A stretch of DNA of 64,000 bases, taken from the NCBI GenBank assembly GCA_963776245.1, contig CAVZLN010000008.1, forward strand, positions 224,001 through 288,000, given 5' to 3'. Both the position numbers and the translations under genes were made by a program. Of this stretch, positions 1-10,907 are shown in pieces (position 1 is the stretch's first letter; the number at the start of each line of letters is the position of its first letter). This stretch comes from Candidatus Eiseniibacteriota bacterium (GTDB lineage: Bacteria; Eisenbacteria; RBG-16-71-46). The notes under the pieces were generated by a model, which searched no databases, was not told the origin of the DNA, and was given only the letters and a program-made list of their open reading frames with translations.

Positions 1-857
1 GGCACGCTCGGCAATCGCGGACGCGTCACGTCCCCGGCCGCCCACACGCCGGGCGCCGAGGTGCGAAGCCGCGCGTCCACCGGCAGGTAGCCGTCGGCGT
101 CCCGTTCCAGAGCGCCCGCGCACCATTCGGTGTTGGGCGTCGCGCCCAGCTTGATGACCACGCCCTCGACCACGCGCACCCGCTCGTCGAGCCCGTCGGA
201 GAGGCGCACCGCGCGCACCCGGTCCTCGCCCTCGATGGCGACCACCCGGGTGCCCTCGAGCACCTCGATGCGCGGCTCGGCCGCGACCCGCGACCGGAAC
301 TCGGCGCGCGCCCGCGGCCGGCCGCGCACCGCGATGCCCACTCGGCAGCCGGCGGCCGCGAGGATGAGCGCGTTCTCGAACGCGGCGTCGCCACCGCCCA
401 CCACCAGCACGTCGCGACCGGCGAAGCGCTCGCGATCGCGGGTCGCGGATGACGACACCCCGCGCCCCTCGAGCTCGCGCTCGCCCGGCACCTCGAGGTG
501 ACGACGGCGCAGCCCGGTCGCGACCAGCACCGCCCGGGCCTCGTGGCGGGCCCCGCCGGCGGTGCGCACCGCACAGCTCGTGCCGGCACGGGCCGGCTCG
601 AGCGCCGTCACCGCATCGCCCAGCGACGCCGCGATGCCGCGCTCCTCGAGCTGGCGCGCCATCACCGCGGCGACCGTGGGACCGTCTCCCGACGCGAGCC
701 CCGCCCAGTCGCGCGGGTGGAAGTGGATGGCGAGCAGCTGGCCCCCCACTCGCGCGGCGCCTTCGACCAGCGTCACGGCGAGATCGAACTCGCGCGCCCA
801 CAGCGCCGCCGAGATCCCGGCCGGGCCGGCGCCCACGATCACCAGGTCGGGGCTCAC
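1..857 (-). CDS. FAD/NAD(P)-dependent oxidoreductase, thioredoxin reductase-like (frameshifted; 3' end outside window)
   Basis: GTG at 857 overlaps upstream TGA; manual translation gives [21 protein letters not shown] (FAD-binding GxGxxG), later [15 protein letters not shown] and [13 protein letters not shown]; frame changes internally. Confidence 0.8.
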   Translation of the reverse strand, partial: MSPDLVIVGAGPAGISAALWAREFDLAVTLVEGAARVGGQLLAIHFHPRDWAGLASGDGPTVAAVMARQLEERGIAASLGDAVTALEPARAGTSCAVRTAGGARHEARAVLVATGLRRRHLEVPGERELEGRGVSSSATRDRERFAGRDVLVVGGGDAAFENALILAAAGCRVGIAVRGRPRARAEFRSRVAAEPRIEVLEGTRVVAIEGEDRVRAVRLSDGLDERVRVVEGVVIKLGATPNTEWCAGALERDADGYLPVDARLRTSAPGVWAAGDVTRPRLPSV

Positions 858-1615
858 GCGACCGGCGCCGCGGCCTCCGCCGCGACCTCCCAGAACGTCT
901 TGGGCTCGAGCGGCGCCAGCCCGTGCCGCCGCGCCAGCCGCGCGAGGCACTCGAGCCGCTCGGGACCGAGGTCCGCCGACGCGTTGCCGAGCGCGCGCAG
1001 GCGCACTTCGACGCTCACGCCGTGCACGCGTCGCGGCGTGGTGAGCGCGGCCGCGCGCAGCAGGAAGTCCCAGTCCTCGGAGTAGCGGAAGCTCTCGTCG
1101 AAGCCCGCGAGGCGCTCGAACAGCGCGCGCCGCACGCCCCAGGTGCTCGGCGGCACGTGGTCGTCACGGCGCACGCGCGCGTCATCCCAGTCGAGCGCCA
1201 CCATCTGCCGGTCGAGCTCCACGCGCGCGCCCGAGGGGTCCACGCGCTCGCGCACCGCCGCCCAGTCGGTGAAGGCGAGGTCGACCGCGTCGTCCTCGAA
1301 CGCGCGGGTCAGCCGGGCGAGGTGGTCCGCGCGCCAGCGGTCGTCGTCGTCGAGGAACGCGAGCACCTCGCCGCGCGCGCCCGCGACGGCCGCGTTGCGC
1401 GCCGCTGCCGCCTGACCGGCGCGCACCGGCACCACCGTCACCTCGAGGGAGGCGAGCGCCGCGGCGGCCTCGTGCGCGGGCCGCTCGCCGTCGTCCGCGA
1501 TCCGCACCTCGAGCGGGCGCAGGGTCTGCGCGGCGACCGTCGCGAGCGCGTCGCGCAGCAGCTCGGGGCGATCGCGGGTCGCCATCACCACCGTCACCGT
1601 GCGACCGGCGGCCAT
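854..1615 (-). CDS. Glycosyltransferase family 2
   Basis: C-terminal part of ORF 854..2623 from [24 protein letters not shown] (DxD) and [13 protein letters not shown] motifs. Confidence 0.85.
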   Translation of the reverse strand: MAAGRTVTVVMATRDRPELLRDALATVAAQTLRPLEVRIADDGERPAHEAAAALASLEVTVVPVRAGQAAAARNAAVAGARGEVLAFLDDDDRWRADHLARLTRAFEDDAVDLAFTDWAAVRERVDPSGARVELDRQMVALDWDDARVRRDDHVPPSTWGVRRALFERLAGFDESFRYSEDWDFLLRAAALTTPRRVHGVSVEVRLRALGNASADLGPERLECLARLARRHGLAPLEPKTFWEVAAEAAAPVA

Positions 1616-1622
1616 GGGCTGC

Positions 1623-2203
1623 TCAGCCCCGGGACGGCCCGTCGCCGCGCAGCGCCTGCGCCCAGCGCGGCTCCGCGAGCGCGCCGCGGACGGTGCGCGT
1701 CTCGATCCAGCCGGTCGTTGCGGATCGCCGCGCATCTCCATGCACAGGTGGCGCGCCTCGAGCACCACCGCCACGCCGCGCGGCGCCAGCAACCGCTCGA
1801 GATGGTCGGCGATCTGTGTGGTGATGCGCTCCTGCAGCTGCGGCCGTCGCGCGTAGCGGTCCAGCAGCCGGGCCAGCCCGCTGATGCCGATGATGCGCTC
1901 GCCCGGCAGGTAGGCGATCAGCGCGCGCCCGAAGAACGGCACGAAGTGGTGCACGCACACCGAGTGGAACGGCAGGTCGCGCGCCAGCACCAGGTCGTCC
2001 CCCCCGGGTGCGGGAAGGTGACGAGTTCGGGCTCGGTGGCCGGATCGAGGCCGTCGAAGACCTCGAGATACAGGTCCGCGACCCGGGCCGGGGTGGCGTC
2101 GAGCTCGGGCTCGGTGGCCGGGATCGAGACCGAGGGCGCGGATGAGGCTGGCGACGGCGCGCTCGGCGGCGGCGCGGTCGGGGCCGGGACGGCTCGAGGC
2201 CAC
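1623..2203 (-). CDS. folE: GTP cyclohydrolase I (frameshifted)
   Basis: Pieces in several frames: [64 protein letters not shown] at 2203 after GGGAGG. Confidence 0.9.
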
Positions 2204-2222
2204 GTATCCCTCCCGCGAAGCG

Positions 2223-2250
2223 GCGGGGCCGGTCGTTCGACCGGCCCCGC
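2223..2250. other. Perfect GC-rich inverted repeat between tRNA-Gly 3' end and folE
   Basis: GCGGGGCCGGTCG-TT-CGACCGGCCCCGC; no U-tract on either strand. Confidence 0.7.
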
Positions 2251-2255
2251 GAAGA

Positions 2256-2332
2256 TGGAGCGGAAGACGGGATTTGAACCCGCGACATCCACCTTGGCAA
2301 GGTGGCGCTCTACCGGTCTGAGCTACTTCCGC
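2256..2332 (-). tRNA. tRNA-Gly (GCC), CCA encoded
   Basis: Minus strand GCGGAAG acceptor stem, anticodon arm CCACC-TTGCCAA-GGTGG, T-loop GGTTCAAATCC, 3' CTTCCGC-TCCA. Confidence 0.97.
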
Positions 2333-2349
2333 ACGATTCGAGTGGGGGG

Positions 2350-2379
2350 AATATAGCGTTCCCGCTTCGCGACCGTCAA
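2350..2379 (-). promoter_or_regulatory. sigma70-type promoter for tRNA-Gly/folE unit
   Basis: TTGACG-N18-TATATT, 17 nt upstream of the tRNA 5' end. Confidence 0.7.
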
Positions 2380-2460
2380 GACAGCGCACGCGCGCGGCCT
2401 CGGGCCAATCGCGCCCGGAGCGGCGTTCCGATGCGGAGGGGGCTTGGGTATAGTGCGCCC

Positions 2461-3667
2461 ATGCCCTTGCTGGTCCAGAAGTACGGCGGCACCTCGGTGG
2501 ACGGCGCCGAGCGCATCCGCGCGGTGGCGCGCCGGGTCGCCGCCGCGCGCGCGGCGGGCAACGACACCGTGGTGGTGGTGTCCGCGATGGGCCACACCAC
2601 CGACGAACTGCTGGCGCTCGCACGCGAGGTCTCGCCCGCCCCGAGCCGGCGCGAGCTCGACATGCTGCTCACCACCGGCGAGCGCGTGTCGATGGCGCTG
2701 CTCGCGATGGCGCTGCACGACCTGGGGGTGGACGCGATCTCGTTCACCGGCTCGCAGAGCGGCGTGCTCACCGATTCCGCCCACGGCGCGGCGCGCATCA
2801 CGGGCGTCCGCCCCGACCGCATCCGCGCGGAGCTCGAGCGCGGGCGCGTCGTGATCGTGGCCGGCTTCCAGGGCGTGAACCCCGAGACCCGGGAGATCAC
2901 CACGCTCGGCCGGGGCGGCTCCGACACCACCGCCGTGGCGCTGGCCGCCGTGCTCGGCGGCGACTGCGAGATCTACACCGACGTGGCCGGGGTGTTCACC
3001 GCCGACCCGCGCGTCGCCCCGGGGGCGCGCCTGATCCCGGAGCTCTCCTATCGCGCGTGCTCGACGCTCGCCCACCTCGGCGGGCGCGTGCTGCACGCGC
3101 GCTGCGTGGACCTCGCCGCGCGCCATCGCGTGCCTCTCGTCGTGCGTTCGTCGTTCGACGACGTCACCGGGGACGCGGCTCGTGGAGGACGACATGGAAG
3201 GACCGCACGTCGACGCGGTGACCCACCGCGACGACTGTTCGATCGCGATCGCCGAAGGCAACGCCGGCGCAGCGGCGAGGCCCGCGGCATCCTCGAGGCG
3301 GTGGCCGCCGGAGCTGCCCGGGCTCGAGCTCGTCGCGCACGAGCAGGACACCGCGACGCACGGCGCGCATCGTGTGGATCGGGCACCCGCGCGGAGGTCG
3401 CGGAGCTGCAGGCGCGCTTCCGCGAACTGCGCGGGCCGGGCGGCGAGTGGCGGCTCGAGGTCGTGAACGACGCGGCGTTCGTCTCGGTGGTCGGCCTGGG
3501 GCTGGGCGCGCCCTCAGGCGGCACGCGCGGAGGCGGCGCTCGAGCGCGCCGGCGTGCCGCTGGTGGCGCTGCGCGTCACCCCGACCGCCCTCATCTTCCG
3601 CGTGCCCGACGACCGCTGCGAGGACGCGGTGCGCGCGCTGCACGCGGAGATGATCGAACGGGACTAG
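2461..3667 (+). CDS. lysC: Aspartate kinase (frameshifted in ACT region)
   Basis: [57 protein letters not shown]-terminus [13 protein letters not shown] ends at TAG 3665-3667. Confidence 0.92.
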
Positions 3668-3685
3668 CGGGACGCCCGCGCCGTC

Positions 3686-4906
3686 TCAGCGGCGGCGGCG
3701 CTCCAGCAGGGCGGCCCAGCCCACGCCCGCCAGCCAGAGCAGCAGCACCTCGACGCTCATCCGATAGCGCAGCACGGTGTAGTAGCACGAGATCATCAGG
3801 GTGTAGGAGAGGATGCCGAGCGGGAAGGCGACCAGTCCGGCGCTCGCGATCCGACCGAGGCCGAGCAGCGCTCCCGCGAAGATCGCCAGGCTGCACGTGC
3901 CCTGCGCCCAATCGGTCACCGAGGTGCTGTAGGGGACGCGGGTGTGGGTGCGAGGGAACAGCGCCCACAGGTTCCGCACCCGCAGCAGGTAGAGCCACGC
4001 CGCCCGCCCCGGGTGCTCGCGGATGAATCGCCTGCCCGCCTCGTAGTAGAGGTTCTCCTGCTGGGCCGGCTGGGGGAGCCGGGCGATCACCGCCCGCATC
4101 GAGTCCGGCACCACCGGGAAGTACGTGGTGCCTCCCGTGTACGCGGGGTTGTTCCCCATCCAGAACACGCGTCCGCCCCCCACCGTGATGAGGAACCAGC
4201 GCCCATGGACCTGGTGGTTGCGCACGATCCACGGCAGGATCACGAGCGCGAGCGCCGCCGCGAAGGTCGCCCCCCACCGCATCATCCGCGCCCACCCGTG
4301 CCGGCGCAGCTGGAGGAACGCCCCGGCGGCCAGGCCCGGTAGCAGCGTGAAGAGCGTCGGCTTGCCGAGCAACGCGATGCCGTAGAGCGCGCCGGCCCCC
4401 AGCCAGCGCACCACCGAGGGGCGGCGCAGCGCGAAGGCCAGCATCCCGAAGGCGAGCACGGTCTGCAGCAGCAGCAGGTTCTCGGCATAGTGCGCGATCG
4501 GCAGGTACGCCATCACCGGATGCAGCGCGGCGAGCGCGGCCGCCAGCCATCCGGCAGCCGGCGAGAACAACGCGACCCCGAAGACCCCGATGAGGACGAC
4601 CGTGCCGGTCGCGAGCGCGGCTTCCACGAGACGCAGCGCGAACAGGTTGCGGCCGGTGACCGAGTACACGGCCCCGATCAGCACGGGGTAGGCGGGCGCA
4701 AGGTAGAAATCGGCGGTGTAGCGGTGCTCCGACGCCAGCAGCCAGCCGGCCTGCTCGTTGGCGCGCCCGTCCGGCCAGGCGATGGTCGGGGGCGCGGTGA
4801 ACACGAACGCCAGCCGCAGCGCGAGGGCCACCCCGATCACGGCCGCCCACGCCGCCGGGCCGCGCGCCAGGCGATCGAGCCGTCCCCCGGTGACTCCCGC
4901 GCTCAT
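3686..4906 (-). CDS. ArnT/PMT-like GT-C membrane glycosyltransferase
   Basis: Polytopic; N-terminal loop WPDG, P-x-YP motif, AENL, KPT, LPWIVRN typical of GT39/83-like proteins. Confidence 0.7.
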   Translation of the reverse strand: MSAGVTGGRLDRLARGPAAWAAVIGVALALRLAFVFTAPPTIAWPDGRANEQAGWLLASEHRYTADFYLAPAYPVLIGAVYSVTGRNLFALRLVEAALATGTVVLIGVFGVALFSPAAGWLAAALAALHPVMAYLPIAHYAENLLLLQTVLAFGMLAFALRRPSVVRWLGAGALYGIALLGKPTLFTLLPGLAAGAFLQLRRHGWARMMRWGATFAAALALVILPWIVRNHQVHGRWFLITVGGGRVFWMGNNPAYTGGTTYFPVVPDSMRAVIARLPQPAQQENLYYEAGRRFIREHPGRAAWLYLLRVRNLWALFPRTHTRVPYSTSVTDWAQGTCSLAIFAGALLGLGRIASAGLVAFPLGILSYTLMISCYYTVLRYRMSVEVLLLWLAGVGWAALLERRRR

Positions 4907-6435
4907 GGCTTCAGCATCCCGCGCACGGTCTCGATCGACGGCACGTCGTCCGTGGTGACCCGGGCGCGCGCCTCATCGTAGAGGGCGTCGTAGCCGTCGG
5001 CGCTCACGCGCCACGAGAAGTCCGCCGCCATGCCGTTGCGCTGGAGCGCGCGCCACAGTTCGGGCTGGCGATGGAACGCCAGCGCGCGGCGGAGCGTCTG
5101 CACCATGTCGTGCGGGTCGAAGCGCTCGAAGGTGAAGCCATTCCCCTCGCGCATGATGGGATCGAATTCGCGCACGGTGTCGGCGAGCCCGCCCACGGCG
5201 CGCACCACCGGCACCGTGCCGTAGCGCAGGCTGTACATCTGGTTGAGCCCGCAGGGCTCGTAGCGCGACGGCATGAAGAAGATGTCCGCCCCGCCCTCGA
5301 CCAGGTGCGCGAAGGGCTCGTCGTGGCCGCCGCGGTAGTGGAAGCGCTCGGGGTGCCGGGCGGCGAGGCGCCGGAACAGCTCCATGTAGCGCGGTTGCCC
5401 GGTGCCCAGCACGACGAAGCGCGCTTCGAGGCGCGACAGCTCGTGCTCCGCCTGCTCGACCAGGTCGAAGCCCTTCTGGACCACGAGGCGCGACGACCAT
5501 GCCGATCACCGGCCAGTCGGGCGCCCCCGGCAGCCCGGCTTCGCGCAGCAGCACGGCCCGATTGGCGGTCTTGCGCTCGAGCGTCTCGCGGTCGTAGCGG
5601 CTCGGCAGGTGGGGATCGCGCGCCGGATCCCAGACCGCGTCGTCGATGCCGTTGAGGATGCCGCGAGCACGTCGCCGCGGCGCTCGAGCAGGCCCTCGAG
5701 GCCGAACCCGAACTCGCCGGTGGTCTGCATCTCGCGCGCGTAGCGCGGGCTCACCGTGGTGATCATGTCCGCGAACACGATCCCGACCTTCATGTAGTTC
5801 ACGCGGCCCCAGAACTCGAACGGGCTGGCCGGATAGAACAGGTCGCGTCCGAAGCCCGCCAGCCCGAGCACCCACGGATCGTAGATGCCCTGGTAGCCGA
5901 GATTGTGGATCGTGAACACCGTCGCGACCCCGCCGAACGCCAGTTCGTAGGCGTCGTGGGTGCGGACAAAGCACGGCGCCCACGCCGCCTGGTGGTCGTG
6001 GGCGTGGATCACGTCGAAGCGCTCGCCGATGCGCTTGAGCCCCTCGAGGGCGGCGCGCGCGAAGAACAGGAAGCGCTCGGCGTTGTCGGGCCAGCCCTCG
6101 CCGGTGTGCGGGTCGTCGTACACGCCGGGGCGGTCGAAGAAGCGGCGCTCGCCCGCGTGTCCGACCAGCAGCACGCGCGGACCGGCGCCGGGCGGCTCGA
6201 GCAGCGAGAACCCCGCGGGCTCGCGCCCCATGCCCCACGGCACCAGGGCGCCGTCGAGCTCGCGGTGGGACCAGCCCGGCGGCACCTCGAGTGTCGCGTA
6301 GCGCGGCAGCGCCACGGTCACGCGGTGACCGCGGCGCGACTGCTCGGACGAGAGCGCGCCGATGACGTCGCCGAGCCCGCCGACCTTGACGAACGGCGAC
6401 ATCTCGCTCGCGATGTGCGCGATCGTGAGCTTCAT
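4903..6435 (-). CDS. glgA: Glycogen synthase (frameshifted near 5490 and 5665)
   Basis: SEMSPFVKVGGLGDV (KxGG), IHAHDHQ, TIHNLGYQG, GILNGID, QKGFDL, MPSRYEPCGLNQMYSLRYGT across three ORFs. Confidence 0.93.
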
Positions 6436-6454
6436 CGAGGCCCCGCGGCCCGGC

Positions 6455-7468
6455 TCAGGCCTCGACCGCGATCTCGCGCAGGTACTGCGCGGCGTCCTCA
6501 GGCGGCGTCGGGTTGATGTAGAAGCCCGATCCGATCTCGAACCCCGCGACGCGCGAGAGCTTCGGCATGATCTCGAGGTGCCAGTGGTAGTACTCGAGGT
6601 CGCCGTCGCTCACCGGCGAGGTGTGGATGACGAAGTTGTAGGGCGGGCGCGTCAGCGCGCGGTCGAGCCGCCACAGCACGTCCTTGAGGATCGCGGCGAA
6701 GTCGTGGAACTCGCCGGGATCCTCGACCGACTGGAACGCGGCGTCGTGCCGCCGCGGCAGGATCCAGGTCTCGAACGGGAAGCGCGGCGCGAACGGGGCG
6801 AGCGCGACGAAGCGCTCGTTCATGGTCACCACGCGGCGGCCGTCGTTCTCGGCGGTCTCCTGCTGGACGATGTCGCAGAAGACGCAGCGCTCCTTGAGCT
6901 CGAAGTAGCGCCGGCTGCCCTCGAGCTCCTCCTGCACCAGGCGCGGGATGATGGGGGTGGCGATCATCTGGGTGTGGCCGTGCTCGATGGTCGCGCCCGC
7001 CCCCGCGCCCTGGTTCTTGAAGATGAGCACGTAGCGGAAGCGCCGGTCGCGGTGCAGGTCGAGCATCCGCTCGCGATAGGCGACCAGCATCTGCGCCAGG
7101 TGCTCGACCGGCAGGTCGTGCAGGACCCCGTCGTGCTGCGGACACTCGATCACCACCTCGTGCGCACCGATGCCGTTCATCTTGTCGTACAGCCCCTCGC
7201 CGCGGCGGTCGAGCGTGCCCTCGATCTGGAGCGCCGGGAACTTGTTCGGCACCACGCGCACCGTCCAGCCCGGCGTGTTCTGCGCGCCGCCGCCGGGCCG
7301 GTAGGCGTACACCTCGGGCGGGGTCTTGTCCTCGTGACCGGGACAGAACGGGCAGAAAGTCGGCGACTTCGGGACCGGAGCGGGCTCGAAACTGCTGGGC
7401 CTCCTGCTGCGCTCGGTGGAGATGATGACCCACCGACCGACCACCGGATCCTTCCGTAGCTCAGGCAT
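6455..7468 (-). CDS. galT: GalT-family nucleotidyltransferase (galactose-1-P uridylyltransferase / ADP-glucose phosphorylase-like)
   Basis: MPELRKDP, CPFCPG, VRVVPNKFPAL, HxHxQ motif HGHTQ, CVFC, HWHLEI, GFEIGSG. Confidence 0.9.
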   Translation of the reverse strand: MPELRKDPVVGRWVIISTERSRRPSSFEPAPVPKSPTFCPFCPGHEDKTPPEVYAYRPGGGAQNTPGWTVRVVPNKFPALQIEGTLDRRGEGLYDKMNGIGAHEVVIECPQHDGVLHDLPVEHLAQMLVAYRERMLDLHRDRRFRYVLIFKNQGAGAGATIEHGHTQMIATPIIPRLVQEELEGSRRYFELKERCVFCDIVQQETAENDGRRVVTMNERFVALAPFAPRFPFETWILPRRHDAAFQSVEDPGEFHDFAAILKDVLWRLDRALTRPPYNFVIHTSPVSDGDLEYYHWHLEIMPKLSRVAGFEIGSGFYINPTPPEDAAQYLREIAVEA

Positions 7469-7618
7469 GAGCTTCCTCGTGTGCGTTGCGGTGTCGGCGG
7501 GCCGGGGCGGGCCCGTCTCCGATGGGAGTGTCCGAGTCTAGGGACCGGCGCCACGCGCGGTCAAGGCGCGGGCGGGCCGGTGCGGGAAGGCCGGCGAGCG
7601 CGCCGCAGCGCCCGCGGC

Positions 7619-8862
7619 TCAGGCTCCGGCGGCCCGTGCGCGCTCCTTCGCGGTCTCCTCGAAGAGCTCCCGCAGCAGGCTCTCCTCGCCGGGCGCCAGC
7701 GAGCGGCCGCGCCGCGACAGCGCGATGCGCGCCGTCGCCAGGAACGGCTCGAGCCGGTGTTCGACCGTGGCTTCGCCATCCCACCACGCGAACGGCGCCA
7801 CCGCGGCCGGTGCGAAACGCCCGCCGCCGAACAGGTTCGCGCCCACGCCGACCGCGCGCCGGTGGGCAGCAGCGTGCCGATGCCGGTCTTCACGTGCGCG
7901 CCGACCACCGCGCCGACCTTGGGGTTGCCGCTGTCCACGCGCGTGCCGTCGATCCACACCCGCACCGGTCCGTAGTTGTTCTTGAGATCGCTGGTGGTGG
8001 TGAGCGCGCCGAGGTTCACCCATTCGGCCAGCACGCTGTGCCCGACGAAGCCGTGGTGGCGCTTGTTGCCGTAGCCCTGCCACACGCACTCCTCGACCTC
8101 GCCCGCGATCCGGCACTCGGGGCCGAACGTGGTGCGCGAGACGGAGCCGCCGAGCAGTTGCGTGCCCTCGCCGACCACGCACGGCCCGGTCACCACGGTG
8201 TGCGAGCGCACCAGCGCGCGCGCGCCGACGCGGATCGGGCCGGCGCTCGCGTCGAGCACCGCGAGCGCCTCCACGCGCGCGCCCGCCTCGACCACGATGC
8301 GCTCGGGCGCCCGAAGCACCGCGGACGGGTGCACGTCGCCCGCGACGCGCCCGCGCTCGTCCGCGAGGTCGGCGGCGATGGCGTCCGCGTTCCACTCCAC
8401 CAGGTTCCAGGGGAAGGTGACGAAGCGCGCCTCGGGCACCGCGACCGCCGGCAGGCCGAGCCCGAGCAGGAACGCCTCGAAGTCCGCGCCCCGGCCGAGC
8501 CCGGGGGCCACCATCTCGAACGGCAGCCGCGCGCCCACGATGCGCCCGTCGCCCACGAACAGCGCCGGAGCGCGCGACGCGAGCGCGTCCGCGAGCCACG
8601 CCCCGGGGAGCGCCGCGGCGTTGAACGCCAGCACCTCGTCGCCGCGCCGCGGCGCGGTGGCCTCGATCGCGGGGGCCTCCCGCCAGGCGCCGAGCGCGCG
8701 CGGGCGCGCCTCGACGGCGAGCAGCGGCACGCCCGCGGCGCGGCGCCAGCGCTGCCCGAGCGCCGACGCGCCGAACGCCAGCGCCGGCACCGGCAGCACG
8801 TCGGTGAGCGGACGCAGGCTCCGCCAGTGGCGGTCCTCGTACACCACCAGCATCGCGCTCAC
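7619..8862 (-). CDS. GlmU-related putative sugar nucleotidyltransferase with hexapeptide repeats (frameshift near 7860)
   Basis: N-terminal LRPLTDVLPV, left-handed beta-helix repeats, NKRHHGFVGHS, WVNLGA, TSDLKNNY; C-terminus continues in ORF ending 7619. Confidence 0.8.
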
Positions 8863-9729
8863 CGCGCCCCTCCCGCGAACCGGAACACGCCGGTGAACCC
8901 GGCGAGCGCGGCGCGGCGCCGGAGGCTCTCGGAGGCCTCGTCACCGACGCACGCCACGGTGCGCACCTTGTACAGCCCGCGCTCGCGCTCGACCACGAAC
9001 GGCACCATGAGCTGGGACTCCGCCGCGGCGCGCAGTCCGGCCGCGCGGACGCGATCCGCGGGGGCGCCGACCTGGACCCGCCAGCAGCCGCCGGCGGCGG
9101 GGGCCGCGGGCGCCGGCTTCGCCTCCCCGGGGGTCGCCGCGGGGGCGCTCGGCGCGGCGGCCGGCGCGGCTCCCGGGACGCGCGCTCGCGCTGGTGTCGG
9201 GCGCGAGCAGGCGCTCGAGCGTGCCCGGCCGGTCCCCGAGCGGCTGGGTCGGCGCGGGCACCGGCACGTCGGCGGAGGTGCTGTCCGCGGGCGGTGCCGC
9301 CGCGCTGCCCGACGAGTCGGACGCGACCGCGGGCGAAGGAGCGCCCGAGGCGGCCGACGCGGGCGGCACGGCCGCGCGCGCGGCCAGCAGTTCCTCGCGG
9401 GTCGGCGCGGGGACGCGCTCGCTCGCCGCCAGCGGCTCGGGGATCGCCGCCAGCACCGCGCGTCCCTCGGGCGAGACCGCGGTCGTGTCCACCGCCGCGC
9501 TCGCGGGGGACGCGGATGCGGGCGGCGCCGGCCGGGGCGCGGGCACGCCCGTCGCGGGCGGCGCGGGCCGCGTGCCCGGGGACGAGATGGGCATCATCCC
9601 GGCGCAGCCTCCGACCCCGAGAAGGGAAGCGCCCAGGACCAGGCCCAGCAGGACCAGGCCGCACGGGACGACGCGCGCCCGGGGTCGGCGATCGCGGGTT
9701 CCGCGGCGCATCGGCCGGCCCCCGCTCAT
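8859..9729 (-). CDS. SPOR-domain lipoprotein (frameshift near 9190)
   Basis: Signal peptide ending LLGVGGC, Pro/Ala linker, C-terminal WRVQVGA...GLYKVR SPOR-like segment; stop overlaps next GTG. Confidence 0.65.
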
Positions 9730-10778
9730 GCCCCGCTCCGCGCCCGCACCGTCTCGGCCACCTGTCGCACCTGCCCGCTGTCCTCGAGCCGGCAACAGAG
9801 CGTCGAGCCCTCGGCGTGCACCACCACCATGTCGCGCAGACCCATCGCCGCGGCCGTCCCCCCGTCGCCCACCACCACGCATCCGTCGCACTCGATCGCC
9901 ACCGCGTCGCCGAACAGCACGTTGCCGCGCGCGTCGTGGGTCTGCCGCCGCGCCCACGCGCTCCACGAGCCGAGGTCGTCCCAGTCGAACGACGCCTCGA
10001 GCACCAGCGTGTTGGGCGCCCGCTCCATCACCGCGTAGTCCACCGAGATGGACTCGAGTCCCGGGAACACGGCGTCGAGCGCGCGCTCGAATCCCGCGTC
10101 GCCGTCCTCCCAGCGCATCGCGTCGAGCGGCGCGTGGAGCGACGGGCGGAAGGACTCCAGCGCGTCCAGGAAGGTCTTCGCCCGCCACACGAAGATGCCC
10201 GCGTTCCAGGCGTACTCGCCGGTGGCGATCCAGGCCTCCGCGCTGGCCCGGTCGGGCTTCTCGGTGAATCTCGCCACGCGCGACAGGCGGTCGCCGACGG
10301 CGGCGCCCCGCTGGACGTAGCCGAAGTTGGTCTCGCCGTGCGTCGGGCGGATGCCGAACGTGAGCAGCACCGGCTCCCGCTCGCACGACTCGAACGCGCG
10401 CGCGAGGTCGGCCGCGAAGGCGTCCTCGTCGTCGATGGCGTGGTCCGCCGGCAGCACCGCGAACGAGGCCTGGGGCGCCTCGGCGCGGAACAGCACAGCG
10501 GCCGCTCCGGTGGCCGCCGCGGTGTTGCGCAGCATGGGCTCGCCCAGCACCCGCACCCCGGGGCACTCGCGGCGCACGGCGTCCACCAGGTCGCGCGCCG
10601 TGAGGATCACGATGCGGTCCCGGGGCGCCACGCGCCGCGCGCGATCGAGCGTGGCCGCGAGCAGCGAGCGCCCGCCCTTCGCGAGCGGCAGCAGCTGCTT
10701 CGGCCGGCCGGGACGGCTCCACGGCCAGAACCGCTCGCCGCGGCCGCCGGCGAGGATGAGGACGAATCGATCAGGCAT
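9726..10778 (-). CDS. manC: Mannose-1-phosphate guanylyltransferase
   Basis: ILAGGRGERFWPWSR, PKQLL, RNTA, PADH, FTEKP, WNAGIF, ISVDYAVME, WDDLGSW. Confidence 0.92.
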   Translation of the reverse strand: MPDRFVLILAGGRGERFWPWSRPGRPKQLLPLAKGGRSLLAATLDRARRVAPRDRIVILTARDLVDAVRRECPGVRVLGEPMLRNTAAATGAAAVLFRAEAPQASFAVLPADHAIDDEDAFAADLARAFESCEREPVLLTFGIRPTHGETNFGYVQRGAAVGDRLSRVARFTEKPDRASAEAWIATGEYAWNAGIFVWRAKTFLDALESFRPSLHAPLDAMRWEDGDAGFERALDAVFPGLESISVDYAVMERAPNTLVLEASFDWDDLGSWSAWARRQTHDARGNVLFGDAVAIECDGCVVVGDGGTAAAMGLRDMVVVHAEGSTLCCRLEDSGQVRQVAETVRARSGA

Positions 10779-10907
10779 GCGAGGGTCTCCGGTGCGTCAC
10801 GACGGACCCGGCAGGATAGGCTCGACCGCGACCGCCGGCAAGGGCCGCCGGCCCGCGCGCGGCCGCCGGGCACGGCCGCCCCGCGGGGCGCGCGCCCGGG
10901 CGACCGG

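Noticed and set aside
2256..2332. tRNA-Gly as an island integration site or dedicated donor for the FemAB-like protein
   Set aside because: No integrase or duplicated tRNA 3' end seen; the tRNA is canonical with an intact T-loop and lies 22 kb from the FemAB-like gene
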